Source: Bacteroidota bacterium
GTDB lineage: Bacteria > Bacteroidota > Bacteroidia > J057 > JADKCL01
Direction: 5' to 3'
Length of the DNA: 64,000 nt
Assembly (NCBI GenBank): GCA_016718825.1
Contig: JADKCL010000004.1
Coordinates: 91,277 to 155,276 of the forward strand
Position numbers and translations under genes: made by a program. The notes below the pieces were generated by a model. That model searched no databases and was not told the origin of the DNA. It saw only the letters and a program-made list of their open reading frames with translations. Position 1 is the stretch's first letter; each line of letters starts with the position of its first letter. Positions 10,176 to 19,852 of the stretch are shown in pieces.

Positions 10176-10310
10176 GTTCATCTTAGGTCACCTTGAAAAT
10201 GTGCACATATATAAGGTGTCCTTCTCGCTTGGATTCTCAGCCTCAAAAGGTAGTTGCTGCACACCAAAGGCTGGACTCGCGGGCGACTTCCAACATAAGG
10301 TGACCTGAAC
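10176..10310 (+). ncRNA. candidate structured RNA (long rod with central bubble, 6S-like architecture) or cis-regulatory switch
   Basis: AGGTCACCTT(10185-94)/AAGGTGACCT(10297-306) closing stem; inner TCGC/GCGA, CAGCCT/AGGCTG and GGT-GT/AC-ACC stems; G-U pairs favour the + strand. Confidence 0.4.
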
Positions 10311-10341
10311 AAACTGATTTCGAGCATCTAAATCCAATTGA

Positions 10342-11412
10342 CTATCCTTTGGGAAAATAAACATTCCGGCTCAAATATCGCTCGAAAATTTTTAATACTG
10401 CCCTTGAAAAGGCATAATCCCCGATCTCTGCCAATGGGATCTCCCTTAGCCCTCCTTCGGTTGACGCATCAAACACGTCAGGAAGCGCATCTCCGGCAAA
10501 AACGGTAATCATCATATCGAGGTGCGTAAAAACATGCTTGAAGGTGCCCAACGTATGGTACCCTTCGGATTGAGCCTTCCCTGCATCGGCCTCGGCAACC
10601 TCTAGATTTGGAATCTCCCAGAGGTTGGGCCATAGACCATGGGGCGGCCTTCGTTGCACAAAAAGGCACCCGCGGTCGACGCCGACCAAATAAAAATGTT
10701 GCCAAACGGTCTTGCGTTGGAGCTTTTTGGACTTTACCGGCAGTTCTGAAACGATTCCGCGGGCCTTGGCCTCGCAGTGCAATGACAGCGGACAAAGATC
10801 ACATGCTGGATTTCGGGGTGTGCAAACCGTCGCGCCAAGATCCATCATGCCCTGATTGAATTTCCCGGGCAACTGCGGATCTGCCTGTTGCAGGGTGGCC
10901 TCTTCGATCCAAGCATCCAAACGGGCTTGAAACGCATTTCGCGTTGCAGGGAGGTCAATCGGAGAATAGTCAGCAAGATACCTGCTCAAAACCCTGAAAA
11001 CATTTCCGTCCAATACGCCCGTGACATTGTCAAAGGCAAGTGAACCGATGGCTCGAGCGGTGTAGGGTCCGATTCCTTTCAATTTGAGCAAGTCCCGAAA
11101 ATCACCCGGGAAAACGCCTGCATGGTCGTTTACAATGATTTTGGCCGTATGGTGCAAGTTCCTTGCACGCGAATAGTAGCCGAGCCCCTCCCAATACTTC
11201 ATCAAAGTATCGGTATCGGCGGCAGCAAGATCCTCGACGGTTGGAAACCGCTCGACAAACCTCAAATAATAACCAAGCCCTTGATCGACGCGGGTTTGTT
11301 GGAGGATCACCTCGCTCAGCCATATTTTATAAGGATCTCGGGTACGCCTCCAGGGCAAATCTCGGGCCTCACGCGCATACCATTGTAGTAGGGAAATCGA
11401 AGGATTTAGCAT
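10342..11412 (-). CDS. mutY: A/G-specific adenine glycosylase MutY
   Basis: RDLPWR, WLSEVILQQT, HhH LKGIGPYTA, CxxxxPxCxxCPLxxxC Fe-S motif, NUDIX-like C-terminus; start uncertain (11412 chosen). Confidence 0.95.
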   Translation of the reverse strand: MLNPSISLLQWYAREARDLPWRRTRDPYKIWLSEVILQQTRVDQGLGYYLRFVERFPTVEDLAAADTDTLMKYWEGLGYYSRARNLHHTAKIIVNDHAGVFPGDFRDLLKLKGIGPYTARAIGSLAFDNVTGVLDGNVFRVLSRYLADYSPIDLPATRNAFQARLDAWIEEATLQQADPQLPGKFNQGMMDLGATVCTPRNPACDLCPLSLHCEAKARGIVSELPVKSKKLQRKTVWQHFYLVGVDRGCLFVQRRPPHGLWPNLWEIPNLEVAEADAGKAQSEGYHTLGTFKHVFTHLDMMITVFAGDALPDVFDASTEGGLREIPLAEIGDYAFSRAVLKIFERYLSRNVYFPKG

Positions 11413-11536
11413 CAGGCCACGAAGTTCTAGAAATTCTGCCGATCGTCGTGCTCCAATTGCGTGAACATGACTTAATTTCAATCCGGGAGGTGGAGGAGAG
11501 GCGAGAATCGGTCCTGAATTCAACAAAATCTCAAAT

Positions 11537-11613
11537 TATCTTTGAGAAAGGCTGAAATCAGGGTCTTAAATCGAAAAAAATATTTTCTACTTTCTCCAAA
11601 ACCACTAACTTTG
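11537..11613 (+). promoter_or_regulatory. two Bacteroidota -7 promoter elements upstream of hup
   Basis: TATCTTTG (11537-44) and TAACTTTG (11606-13) match TAnnTTTG. Confidence 0.6.
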
Positions 11614-11709
11614 CAGTCCAATCTTTTTCCCATAGCCTAAAGGCTGTAAACGAGGGACTTAGATGGAGTAATTGGTAATGTTGGTTCAAAAATTTAAATT
11701 GTAGAGACA

Positions 11710-12012
11710 GTGACGAAAGCCGAAGTTATCACAGAGATCGCCAATAAGACAGGTGTTGACAAAGGAGACGTGTCCACCACTATTGAAGCATTCTTCAAGG
11801 TCGTAAAGGGTTCGCTTGCCGAAAACGAAAACGTCTATTTCAGGAACTTTGGTTCGTTTGTGGTGAAGAGACGCGCACAAAAAGTCGCACGTATCATCTC
11901 CAAAAACAAGTCCATGGTGATTCCGGAGCACAACATTCCGGCATTTAAGCCTGCGAAGACTTTTGTTTCCAAAGTGAAGGATTCCAGCGCCAAGAAAGCT
12001 GTTAAAGCCTAA
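11710..12012 (+). CDS. hup: HU family DNA-binding protein
   Basis: MTKAEVITEIA...VYFRNFGSFVVKRRAQKVARIISKN...PAFKPAK; GTG start. Confidence 0.95.
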   Translation: MTKAEVITEIANKTGVDKGDVSTTIEAFFKVVKGSLAENENVYFRNFGSFVVKRRAQKVARIISKNKSMVIPEHNIPAFKPAKTFVSKVKDSSAKKAVKA

Positions 12013-12027
12013 GGGGCGATGTCTTGA

Positions 12028-12924
12028 ATGGTTAATACCAGCAAATCAATCAATAGATTCACTTGGCAACATGGTGCAGTGCTATTGATGGGTTTGCTGG
12101 TTTTCGTTCTTTTGCTTGTTGCGGACAAGACCAATCTAGACGACGAGACAGGCTCTGCCTTGGGCGGTCGTGCTGGAGATGGAGGGAAAACCGAAGTTGC
12201 TGACGGAAGTGGCAAAGTTGATGTGAAGGGTGATTTGTTGGCAATATTGCCCGCAGATGACAGCCCCAACGAAATTGCCCAACTCCGGACCGCACTTCAG
12301 GATGAGCAGGTCGCAGCCGAACGCGAGAAAATCTACCAGCAAATCGTTGAAGGTTATCGCGAAGGCGGCCGTACCGATCTCGCTGCTGTATACGCGTCGG
12401 CACTGGCTCAAGAGGCCCCGACGACGCGAAACTTCATCGTAGCGGGTGCTCTTTTTCGCAATGCCACTTCGTTGGAGTTTGCCCAAGCAGACAGCAATGT
12501 CTTCAGAAGGCTCTCGGATGAAGCCATCCAACACGATGAATCGGCTTTGGAACTCTCGCCGGAAGACGAGGATGCCAAGCTCGAACTCGGACTTGCGATG
12601 GTGGAATCACGAATTCCAGCCAACAGCATGAATGGCATTTTCAAAATCAGGGAGGTAGCCGAAAAGAATCCGAAGAATACAGAAGCACTGTACCATCTCG
12701 GGAAGTTTTCACTCGATACCAACCAGGATGAAAAAGCTGCGCAACGCTTCAAGCAGATTTTGGAGGTCAATCCTGAAGATGTGCGTGCCAAGTACTATCT
12801 TGGCGTCACGGAGCAGCGACTAGGCCATTCCGCAGAATTCAATCGACTCATGTCAGAAGTCGCCATCCAGACCCAAGATCAAAATCTTGCGGCCTTGGCC
12901 AAGGAGGCTTTGAATAAACACTAA
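12028..12924 (+). CDS. tetratricopeptide repeat protein with N-terminal membrane anchor
   Basis: Hydrophobic N-terminus; TPR-like helices (NPKNTEALYHLG, NPEDVRAKYYLG); between hup and rng. Confidence 0.8.
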   Translation: MVNTSKSINRFTWQHGAVLLMGLLVFVLLLVADKTNLDDETGSALGGRAGDGGKTEVADGSGKVDVKGDLLAILPADDSPNEIAQLRTALQDEQVAAEREKIYQQIVEGYREGGRTDLAAVYASALAQEAPTTRNFIVAGALFRNATSLEFAQADSNVFRRLSDEAIQHDESALELSPEDEDAKLELGLAMVESRIPANSMNGIFKIREVAEKNPKNTEALYHLGKFSLDTNQDEKAAQRFKQILEVNPEDVRAKYYLGVTEQRLGHSAEFNRLMSEVAIQTQDQNLAALAKEALNKH

Positions 12925-12937
12925 AATACTTCAGAAG

Positions 12938-13031
12938 ATGCCAAGCGGTAAAAAACGTAAAAGACATAAAATTGCAACGCACAAGCGTAAAAAAGCGCCT
13001 CCGCAAGAACCGTCACAAGAAGAAGAAGTAA
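12938..13031 (+). CDS. 30-aa basic ribosomal protein bS22 / AURKAIP1-COX24-like, with a 1-nt insertion in an A6 run
   Basis: MPSGKKRKRHKIATHKRKK then (+1 frame) RLRKNRHKKKK*; removing one A at 12989-94 restores a 93-nt ORF; absent from the ORF track. Confidence 0.8.
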
Positions 13032-13109
13032 GCGGTCTGTAATGCATTCCAATCGCGCCTTCGCGATCTTGCTTTCTCGTTCGATTGTAACACATGTAAT
13101 ATGTAACTC

Positions 13110-14654
13110 GTGAACGAATTAATAGTAAGCGCAAGTGAGGAGGGGTTGAGAATTGGAATCCTTGAGGACAAGCGCATTGTAGAACTCCATCATGAAAAGA
13201 CCAATTCGCTCTTTTCTGTTGGAGATCTCTTGTTAGGCAAGGTCACCAAGATCGTCCCTGGTCTCAATGCTGCGTTTGTGGAGATTGGGCATCCCAAAGA
13301 TGCCTTCCTGCATTATTTGGATTTAGGACCACAAGTCATGAGCCTTCAACGGTATGTCAAGGCTGTGCAGTCCTCTGCCCAAAATATCAGGCCACTTGGC
13401 CAAATCACTCCGCTTCCCGACATCAGCAAAGATGGTCGTATGGCCACTGTGCTCAAGGCTGGGCAGCCCATTTTGGTGCAAGTTGAGAAAGAAGCGATCT
13501 CTACCAAGGGACCGCGTCTTACTTGTGAGATTTCGTTGCCGGGGCAGTACCTCATCTTGGTTCCGTTTTCTGAAGACATTTCGGTGTCACGGAAAATCGC
13601 GACCAATGACGAGAAGCGCAGGCTCAAGTCTATCGTGGAGGCCGTAAAACCCAAAGGTTTTGGCCTGATCATCCGCACGGCCGCAGAAGGAAGGGAAGCA
13701 GCGGCAATCGAAAAGGACATGAACGACCTGCTGGATAAGTGGGACAAAATGATCCGATCGATTGCAGAAGCGCGCCCCCCCAAACGCGTGCTTGCGGAGG
13801 AAGATCGTGCTGCAAGTATCCTGCGAGACATGCTCTCCATTGGATTCGACTCCATTGTGACCGATCAAGAAAGTGCGTTTGAAGAGATTAGCGAATATCT
13901 CAAACGCACGAGCCCCGAGCAGCTCAAAAATCTGAAAATGCACCAAGGCAAGGTCTCATTGTTTGAGTCCCGAGGTGTTGAAAAGCAGATTAAGGCAGCC
14001 TTTGGGAAAACGGTGACCATGCGGAATGGTTCCTACCTTGTGATCGAGCATACGGAGGCGATGCACGTCATCGACGTCAACAGCGGCAGCAAAAACCTGC
14101 GTGGTGACACGTTGGAAGAGAATGCCCTGAAGACCAACATGGTCGCGGCCGAGGAGATAGCGCGACAGCTCCGTCTGCGCGACATGGGCGGCATCATCGT
14201 GATCGACTTCATCGATCTTAAGAAGGTCGAAAACAAGAAACGGCTCCATCAACATCTTAAGGATGCGATGGCGAGCGACTTGGCCAAGCACACAATCCTG
14301 CCGATGAGTCGCTTCGGTCTGATTCAGATCACGCGGCAACGCGTGCGTCCGCAGATCGACATTGTGACGACCGAGGCTTGCCCAAGTTGCAACGGCACCG
14401 GAACGATCCAGCCAGCGATCCTGCTAATCGACGAGATCAAAAACAACGTCGATTTCCTCATGCGTCAAAACAAGGATCGCCTGACGGTGACGGTTCACCC
14501 TCTTGTAGAAGCCTACTTTAAACGCGGCTTCTGGAATCAGGTGCGCAAATGGTGGTGGGAATACAAAAAGCCGGTCAAGGTTGTTCCCGATACCGCATTG
14601 AGCTTCACAGAGGTGCGGTACCATGATGCCAAAGGCGTGGAAATCAAGTTCTAA
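13110..14654 (+). CDS. rng: Rne/Rng family ribonuclease (RNase E/G)
   Basis: S1 domain (AAFVEIG, KGPRLT), IDVNSG, RDMGGIIVIDFID, CPSCNGTG. Confidence 0.95.
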   Translation: MNELIVSASEEGLRIGILEDKRIVELHHEKTNSLFSVGDLLLGKVTKIVPGLNAAFVEIGHPKDAFLHYLDLGPQVMSLQRYVKAVQSSAQNIRPLGQITPLPDISKDGRMATVLKAGQPILVQVEKEAISTKGPRLTCEISLPGQYLILVPFSEDISVSRKIATNDEKRRLKSIVEAVKPKGFGLIIRTAAEGREAAAIEKDMNDLLDKWDKMIRSIAEARPPKRVLAEEDRAASILRDMLSIGFDSIVTDQESAFEEISEYLKRTSPEQLKNLKMHQGKVSLFESRGVEKQIKAAFGKTVTMRNGSYLVIEHTEAMHVIDVNSGSKNLRGDTLEENALKTNMVAAEEIARQLRLRDMGGIIVIDFIDLKKVENKKRLHQHLKDAMASDLAKHTILPMSRFGLIQITRQRVRPQIDIVTTEACPSCNGTGTIQPAILLIDEIKNNVDFLMRQNKDRLTVTVHPLVEAYFKRGFWNQVRKWWWEYKKPVKVVPDTALSFTEVRYHDAKGVEIKF

Positions 14655-15015
14655 GCCTTCCCATTCGACAAAAAATCCAGCGTTTCATTCACGAGATGAA
14701 AGCTCCGAAAACGGTGGCGACAATGCCATTGTAGCAATGGGCTATTCTCAAAGCCGTGCACTGAAGAATTTTGCCGGGTGGTTCAGCCCTTCGGTGCGTT
14801 GAATGAGATGGCTCTTGCAATTCGCACTTTCAGAGAAATCTGAGCCTTGACATAAGGCATCCAAGCCTCAACGTCGTTGGCACATTTGCAAACCTGAATA
14901 AGTATTCACGCCTCGTCGACGTTGGCTTGTCTTGGAAAGGGGCAACATTAGTTGGCATGGCTTCAAACTTTGAATTAAATTTGGCCTTCGAATAATATTG
15001 ATAATCATGTTAGTT

Positions 15016-16212
15016 ATGAGAAAAAAGCTACTTCTACTTTCACTTTTTGCTTCAATGATTGGCGGTGGCCTCATTGCCCAGTCAGGTCGTATTGCAAAGG
15101 CAAACATTGGGATGAATGGATCTTCTGTCGGTTCTGTGGCAGAAACCCCTGAAGGCATCGTCTGCGATACGGTTGCCTTTGGCTACCCCGTTGACGATAC
15201 CTTATTGATTTATACTTCCAGCGGTTGGGGCTACGTTGGTGGCCACAATGACTATGGGGATATGAGTAAAGCAGAGCGTGTTGTGAACGTGCAGGGCTAC
15301 ACTGAGGTCTATGGCGCTCGCTTCTCCTTTGGAGCTGCAACTGCTGCGGACAGTAACAGCAAGATCATTGCCCATATTTGGCCAGAGGTCTCTGGTCAAC
15401 CAGGTGCCCCTCTCAACTCTTTGGATATCAGAATTCAGGACATCATTGCGCAGCAAGGTGAAATTGAGGTGAGGTTTCCAAGCCCAGTTTCTGTGAGTGG
15501 ACCATTTTATGTAGGGTTCTCGATCACGTATGTGACAGGTGATACCGTGGGTCTCCTATCCAATGAAGATGGAAAGACCATTCCAGGCACTGCTTGGGAA
15601 CAATGGAGTGACAGTAGCTGGCACCCTTACAGCGAGGTCGGCACAGGTTGGGGCGTGAACCTGACCACTACAATTTATCCATTGGTTTACTCAGGTGTAT
15701 TTCCCGTTACAATCACACCTTCGTCCAGCGTCGTACCCTCAGGAACACCAGTTCAGCTAACGGCAACTGGCGGTACCACCTACACATGGTATCCTGCAAC
15801 AGGTTTGAGCTGCAACAATTGCCCTAACCCCACCGCAACCGTCACGGATACCACCACTTATACCGCAGTTGCAACGCTTACCGGCTTCAATTGCGTTTCT
15901 TCGGCTTATGCAACGATTTACACCACTGTTGTGGTATCTGTTGATGACAACCTTTTTGAAGGTGCAGTAAGCGTATTCCCCAATCCAAATGCTGGCCGCT
16001 TTGCTGTGGTTTTCAATCAAGCAGTAGCGACCGACCTGGAAATTGGATTGTACAATCAACTTGGACAGCGTGTGTATTTTGAGTCGCTCACCGATTTTGC
16101 GGGCGAATACAACAAGACTTTTGACTGGACTGATGTCGCGAAAGGCCTGTACACACTTCGGATCTCTGATGCACAGAACAATCAGTTTGTTTCCAAGCTG
16201 ATCGTGGAATAA
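15016..16212 (+). CDS. secreted T9SS type-A sorting domain protein with Ig-like module
   Basis: Signal peptide; WYPATGLSCNNCPNPTA module; C-terminal VFPNPNAG...LYNQLGQ...GLYTLRI...SKLIVE. Confidence 0.85.
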   Translation: MRKKLLLLSLFASMIGGGLIAQSGRIAKANIGMNGSSVGSVAETPEGIVCDTVAFGYPVDDTLLIYTSSGWGYVGGHNDYGDMSKAERVVNVQGYTEVYGARFSFGAATAADSNSKIIAHIWPEVSGQPGAPLNSLDIRIQDIIAQQGEIEVRFPSPVSVSGPFYVGFSITYVTGDTVGLLSNEDGKTIPGTAWEQWSDSSWHPYSEVGTGWGVNLTTTIYPLVYSGVFPVTITPSSSVVPSGTPVQLTATGGTTYTWYPATGLSCNNCPNPTATVTDTTTYTAVATLTGFNCVSSAYATIYTTVVVSVDDNLFEGAVSVFPNPNAGRFAVVFNQAVATDLEIGLYNQLGQRVYFESLTDFAGEYNKTFDWTDVAKGLYTLRISDAQNNQFVSKLIVE

Positions 16213-16236
16213 GGTCATTTTTCCCGAATTCAATTG

Positions 16237-16275
16237 CAAAGGTCATTCCGATAGACGGAATGACCTTTGTTTTTG
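16237..16275 (+). terminator. rho-independent terminator
   Basis: Perfect 14-bp stem CAAAGGTCATTCCG/CGGAATGACCTTTG, 5-nt loop, followed by a T-run. Confidence 0.9.
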
Positions 16276-16420
16276 TCTCAATCGCGGGAAGAAATCACCG
16301 TGGAGAGAATATTTCGAATCGTACTGGGTTCCGATGTTCAGGATTCAATCCCAAAATTCACTTTGCAACACTCATTTTCATGAGGTCTTGCCAGAAGTGA
16401 ACATTGTGTAATGGTCGAAA

Positions 16421-16837
16421 TTACCTCCGCTCGATCCGGATGTTGACGCCGCCATTGCCGCCACCTTCGCCGTCCTTTTTCCGGTCTTTGGGTTCGAGCA
16501 GGCCGCTGACAATCGAAATGATGATGGATCCCCAGACTGCGGGCCAGAATCCCTCGACGATGAAATGTTGATCGGGCACAATGTCACCTGCAAACATGAG
16601 CAGGATCGCGTTGATCACGACCAAAAACAAGCCGAAGGTGACCAAAATGAAAGGGATTGAGATCAAAGCGAGCAAGGGCTTGATAAATGTGTTTAACAAG
16701 CCTAGGATAAATGAGACCACGATGGCCCAGCCGATGCTGTCGACTTTGATGCCGGGAAGGATCCAAGCAGCGAGATAAACGGCAATTGCAGTTCCGAAAA
16801 GCTTGACAATGTACCGTGCGATTCTTTTTGAGTCCAT
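16421..16837 (-). CDS. phage holin family (YvlD-like, 4-TM) membrane protein
   Basis: LGLLNTFIKPLL...LVTFGLFLVVINAILL...GFWPAVWGSIIISIV. Confidence 0.85.
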   Translation of the reverse strand: MDSKRIARYIVKLFGTAIAVYLAAWILPGIKVDSIGWAIVVSFILGLLNTFIKPLLALISIPFILVTFGLFLVVINAILLMFAGDIVPDQHFIVEGFWPAVWGSIIISIVSGLLEPKDRKKDGEGGGNGGVNIRIERR

Positions 16838-16907
16838 GATATGCAAAGTTACAGCAAGTCACCGAATGTTGTAAATCGCTGAGCAGGATCAGCTTTGCAG
16901 TTCTGAT

Positions 16908-17297
16908 TCAACGATTTCCTTCCACCCGAAACCAAATTTGATCTCCGCTAAAATTGGTGAATGTCGATTCGAAATAAAGTGAGTCCGTGCCCGTGAACGC
17001 CCCGACAAAGGTTGCTCCATTTTGCAATCCATTGACCGTCAAAGTTCCTGACTCCGACAATGAGGGCGCCAAGGAATCATCGACCAGAAAACGAATCAAA
17101 ACTTGATCCTTGCCAAATTCGCGGATGATCCCGTTGTAGCTGACGTTGGATGTATCCGGAAATCCCGCATTGCGGACCGTGCGACGCGTCAAAAAAGAGA
17201 AATTGCCGGCGTAGTCTTCGCGGTAGCTGAATTGACTGCAGGCAGTAAACATCAGGAGCAAAAGCAGCAAAATCGCATGGATCGGGTGGGACTTCAT
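16908..17297 (-). CDS. hypothetical lipoprotein
   Basis: Lipobox FTAC; YREDYAGNF motif; beta-rich. Confidence 0.75.
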   Translation of the reverse strand: MKSHPIHAILLLLLLMFTACSQFSYREDYAGNFSFLTRRTVRNAGFPDTSNVSYNGIIREFGKDQVLIRFLVDDSLAPSLSESGTLTVNGLQNGATFVGAFTGTDSLYFESTFTNFSGDQIWFRVEGNR

Positions 17298-17360
17298 TTG
17301 GCAAAGATAATGGCACGCATTAAAATTTTGATGTCCGCAAGTTAAACCCGCCTACAAAGT

Positions 17361-17753
17361 TCATTTTCTTATCCCATGAAACGAACACGAAATGGGAGCA
17401 CTGCCGATAAAGGAATGCGTATAGATCACTGCAACATCAAAACTATTTTTGGAATAGAAGCTACCTTCGACTTCGCCATAGTCATCCTTATGACGCATGG
17501 TTCCATCGCGATCAATGTTGACGTCCAACACAATTCCCCATTCGGCGATCTCGATGCGAATCGATTCGCGCTCTTCTGCAAAATCCACCGTTGCGGGAGA
17601 CAATACGGTAAACGTTTCATCTTGGGTTACGATGGTGCCGACGACCTCAAAGGTGCCGACATATCGATGCCGGTAGTCAAATTTTCCGCCTTCGCAGGCT
17701 TGGAACATCGGAAGGAGAGCAAGGAGGGCGATAAGGAGATGCTTATTTTTCAT
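17361..17753 (-). CDS. hypothetical lipoprotein (similar to neighbour)
   Basis: Lipobox FQAC; YRHRYVGTF motif. Confidence 0.75.
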   Translation of the reverse strand: MKNKHLLIALLALLPMFQACEGGKFDYRHRYVGTFEVVGTIVTQDETFTVLSPATVDFAEERESIRIEIAEWGIVLDVNIDRDGTMRHKDDYGEVEGSFYSKNSFDVAVIYTHSFIGSAPISCSFHGIRK

Positions 17754-17869
17754 TCGGATTCATTTTGAGATTGTAAATACGATTGAAGTTATTCAATGAA
17801 TCGGAAAGAACCGTCGCGGAGGACGAACCAAATTGTCTTGGTAATTACACAGTTAGCCAGTAGGCAAAC

Positions 17870-18676
17870 CTAGATATCCGATGCCCTCCCTCCGCGCGCT
17901 TGCGGCAATCGGACGTCGCAGTCGCCGGTTTCATGCAGCCACAACAACGACTGCTTGAACATCTTTCGGGGAATTTTGTCCAATTGATCGGCCCATTCGG
18001 GGTCTTTGCGGCCTTGGAGGTAGGCTTGCACTGCCAAGGCATAGACGATCATTTGCTGCGGCAGATAGCCTTGTTTCCCGATCGCCCAGCCGCTGTAGCC
18101 TTTGTTGTCGCTCCAAGTTTCCCTTGTGTTACAGGTATTGGCCATGAAAATACCGAAGCCAAAATAAATGGCGGTCAAATCGGTGTAATACTCGTGGTTG
18201 TCGTTGTCTTCGGTGACGCGGTATTCACCCAGCAATTTGATGTGGCCGACTTCGTGTGCCATGGTCGCAAACAAGGCCTGCGGATTCCCGATCACCTTGC
18301 GGTTGATATGGATGTCGAATTTGCCGGTCAAGTTATTGCGATGGTGATATTCTCCTTGGCTGTAGCCGCCCTCGAACCGCACCATCACCGGACCATCAAA
18401 CCCCGAATCGTCGCCTGCCGTGTACAAATGCAGGTCCACGTTGTCGGAATCGACATCCATCCGTTCGCAGACGTTGTCCATGAAATAGGTGAGCTTTTTC
18501 TCGATCCGATCTGAAAACTGTGCAAACGGTCCTTTATGCGCCGTAATCGGTGGCAACAACAGCGGACGCACTCCATATTGGCCCATCATCCATTCCAAAT
18601 TGGCTTCAATCCAAAGTTTATCGTCTTCGGTGACGATGAGTTTCGGGCGGGGCGTACGGTTGAAGAAGGAGAACAT
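17870..18676 (-). CDS. hypothetical protein with zincin HExxH motif
   Basis: ATMAHEVGHIKL followed by EYYTDLTAIYFGFG. Confidence 0.7.
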   Translation of the reverse strand: MFSFFNRTPRPKLIVTEDDKLWIEANLEWMMGQYGVRPLLLPPITAHKGPFAQFSDRIEKKLTYFMDNVCERMDVDSDNVDLHLYTAGDDSGFDGPVMVRFEGGYSQGEYHHRNNLTGKFDIHINRKVIGNPQALFATMAHEVGHIKLLGEYRVTEDNDNHEYYTDLTAIYFGFGIFMANTCNTRETWSDNKGYSGWAIGKQGYLPQQMIVYALAVQAYLQGRKDPEWADQLDKIPRKMFKQSLLWLHETGDCDVRLPQARGGRASDI

Positions 18677-18917
18677 GATTGGTTTTGGAATTGAATGAAA
18701 ACTGCCTTGAATTTACTGCGAATTTTCAATCGAAGATGACGTGGAGCTCAAAATTTCATTTTCAAGCTATTAGACTATAAAATGTTGGTGCCATTCAAGA
18801 CAAATGTAGATTCGACAAGGCATGATGGAAGCAGTGTCAAAATTAATGCACCCTTCATTTTCCACACCCTTGGCATGCGGATTGAAGCCAATTCCTTAGG
18901 CACTCTCAATGTTCATC

Positions 18918-19838
18918 ATCATGTTAAGAAAACATCTTCTGCTTCCTTTTCTTGCAATGCTTTCCGTCCTTTTCGTCAGTTGCGAACGGTTGGAGGATGC
19001 GCCGCCCACCTTGGCGACTGCGGTCGATCTTGACACCGCAGGAAGGTCCACTTTCATCCTCGTGGACCGCAGTACCAAGGGCGCGCATCGCTTTGTGGAT
19101 CCGAGCGGCAACGTCCTTTTCGGTGGCGAAACCTACCATCAGGCGTTTCCATTCAGGTTTGGCTACGCTGTCGTTTCCAGAATTGTAGAAGGTGAAATTC
19201 GGTATGGCGTGCTCGATCAGTCGGGCAAAACGATCATTCCCATTCAACACCGCGACCCGATATTCAGCTATGAAGGTGGCTTGTTCAAGACAGGAATGGA
19301 CCGAATCGGATACTTGGATACGATGGGGAAGACCGTCATTCCGATGGATTACATTGCCACAAAAGGGGTGCAGGATGGTTTCGTCACGGTGAAAAATGCT
19401 GCTGGCAAATGGGGTATTCTCAATATCAAAGGAGAGGCCATTGCTCCCTTCGAATTTCTCGAAATCGGAAGCTGGTCGGATGGTTTGGCGGCTGTATCGA
19501 TTGTCAGCGGCAATTCTGCGAAATGGGGATTCCTCAACCAAAACGGGGAAATCGTCATTCCTTGCATTTATGACTATGCCACCGATTTTGAGCAAGGCGT
19601 AGCAATGGTGAAGCAAGGCAAAAAATTCGGATTGATTGACGCCGTAGGCCAAGCCGTAACGCCATTCGAATTTGACGATTTCCAAATGGCCGCAACCGTT
19701 GAAGCGAATTCTGGAAATGGAAATCATCAGCCAAGAACGCAGCTGCATCTTTTTTCCCCATCAGGTCAGATCAGCGTTTCCAAGGGTGGCCAATGGATGA
19801 CTGTCGGGGAGGATGGGAAAATCAGTGCGGCCGAATAA
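18918..19838 (+). CDS. WG repeat-containing lipoprotein
   Basis: Lipobox FVSC; repeated K(W/Y/F)G.I/L...G...IP units. Confidence 0.85.
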   Translation: MMLRKHLLLPFLAMLSVLFVSCERLEDAPPTLATAVDLDTAGRSTFILVDRSTKGAHRFVDPSGNVLFGGETYHQAFPFRFGYAVVSRIVEGEIRYGVLDQSGKTIIPIQHRDPIFSYEGGLFKTGMDRIGYLDTMGKTVIPMDYIATKGVQDGFVTVKNAAGKWGILNIKGEAIAPFEFLEIGSWSDGLAAVSIVSGNSAKWGFLNQNGEIVIPCIYDYATDFEQGVAMVKQGKKFGLIDAVGQAVTPFEFDDFQMAATVEANSGNGNHQPRTQLHLFSPSGQISVSKGGQWMTVGEDGKISAAE

Positions 19839-19852
19839 TCGTCTCCTCGCGC

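Noticed and set aside
10178-10327. 49-aa minus-strand ORF (MLEISLFRSP...) as an ssb remnant or leader peptide
   Set aside because: No resemblance to SSB or any motif; the nested stems explain the region better.
12989-12995. Programmed -1 frameshift at AAAAAAG
   Set aside because: Restoring the protein needs a +1 shift, not -1; an extra A in the consensus is simpler.
14835-14915. TPP riboswitch (CTGAG and AACCTGA present)
   Set aside because: The two motifs are about 50 nt apart, the CUGAGA and P4/P5 consensus is not met, and the downstream gene is unrelated to thiamine.
16421-16837. Prophage suggested by the holin-family gene and tail-fibre-like genes
   Set aside because: No integrase, terminase, capsid, portal or lysin genes. 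YvlD-like 4-TM proteins are common chromosomal genes, and the fibre-like proteins carry signal peptides.
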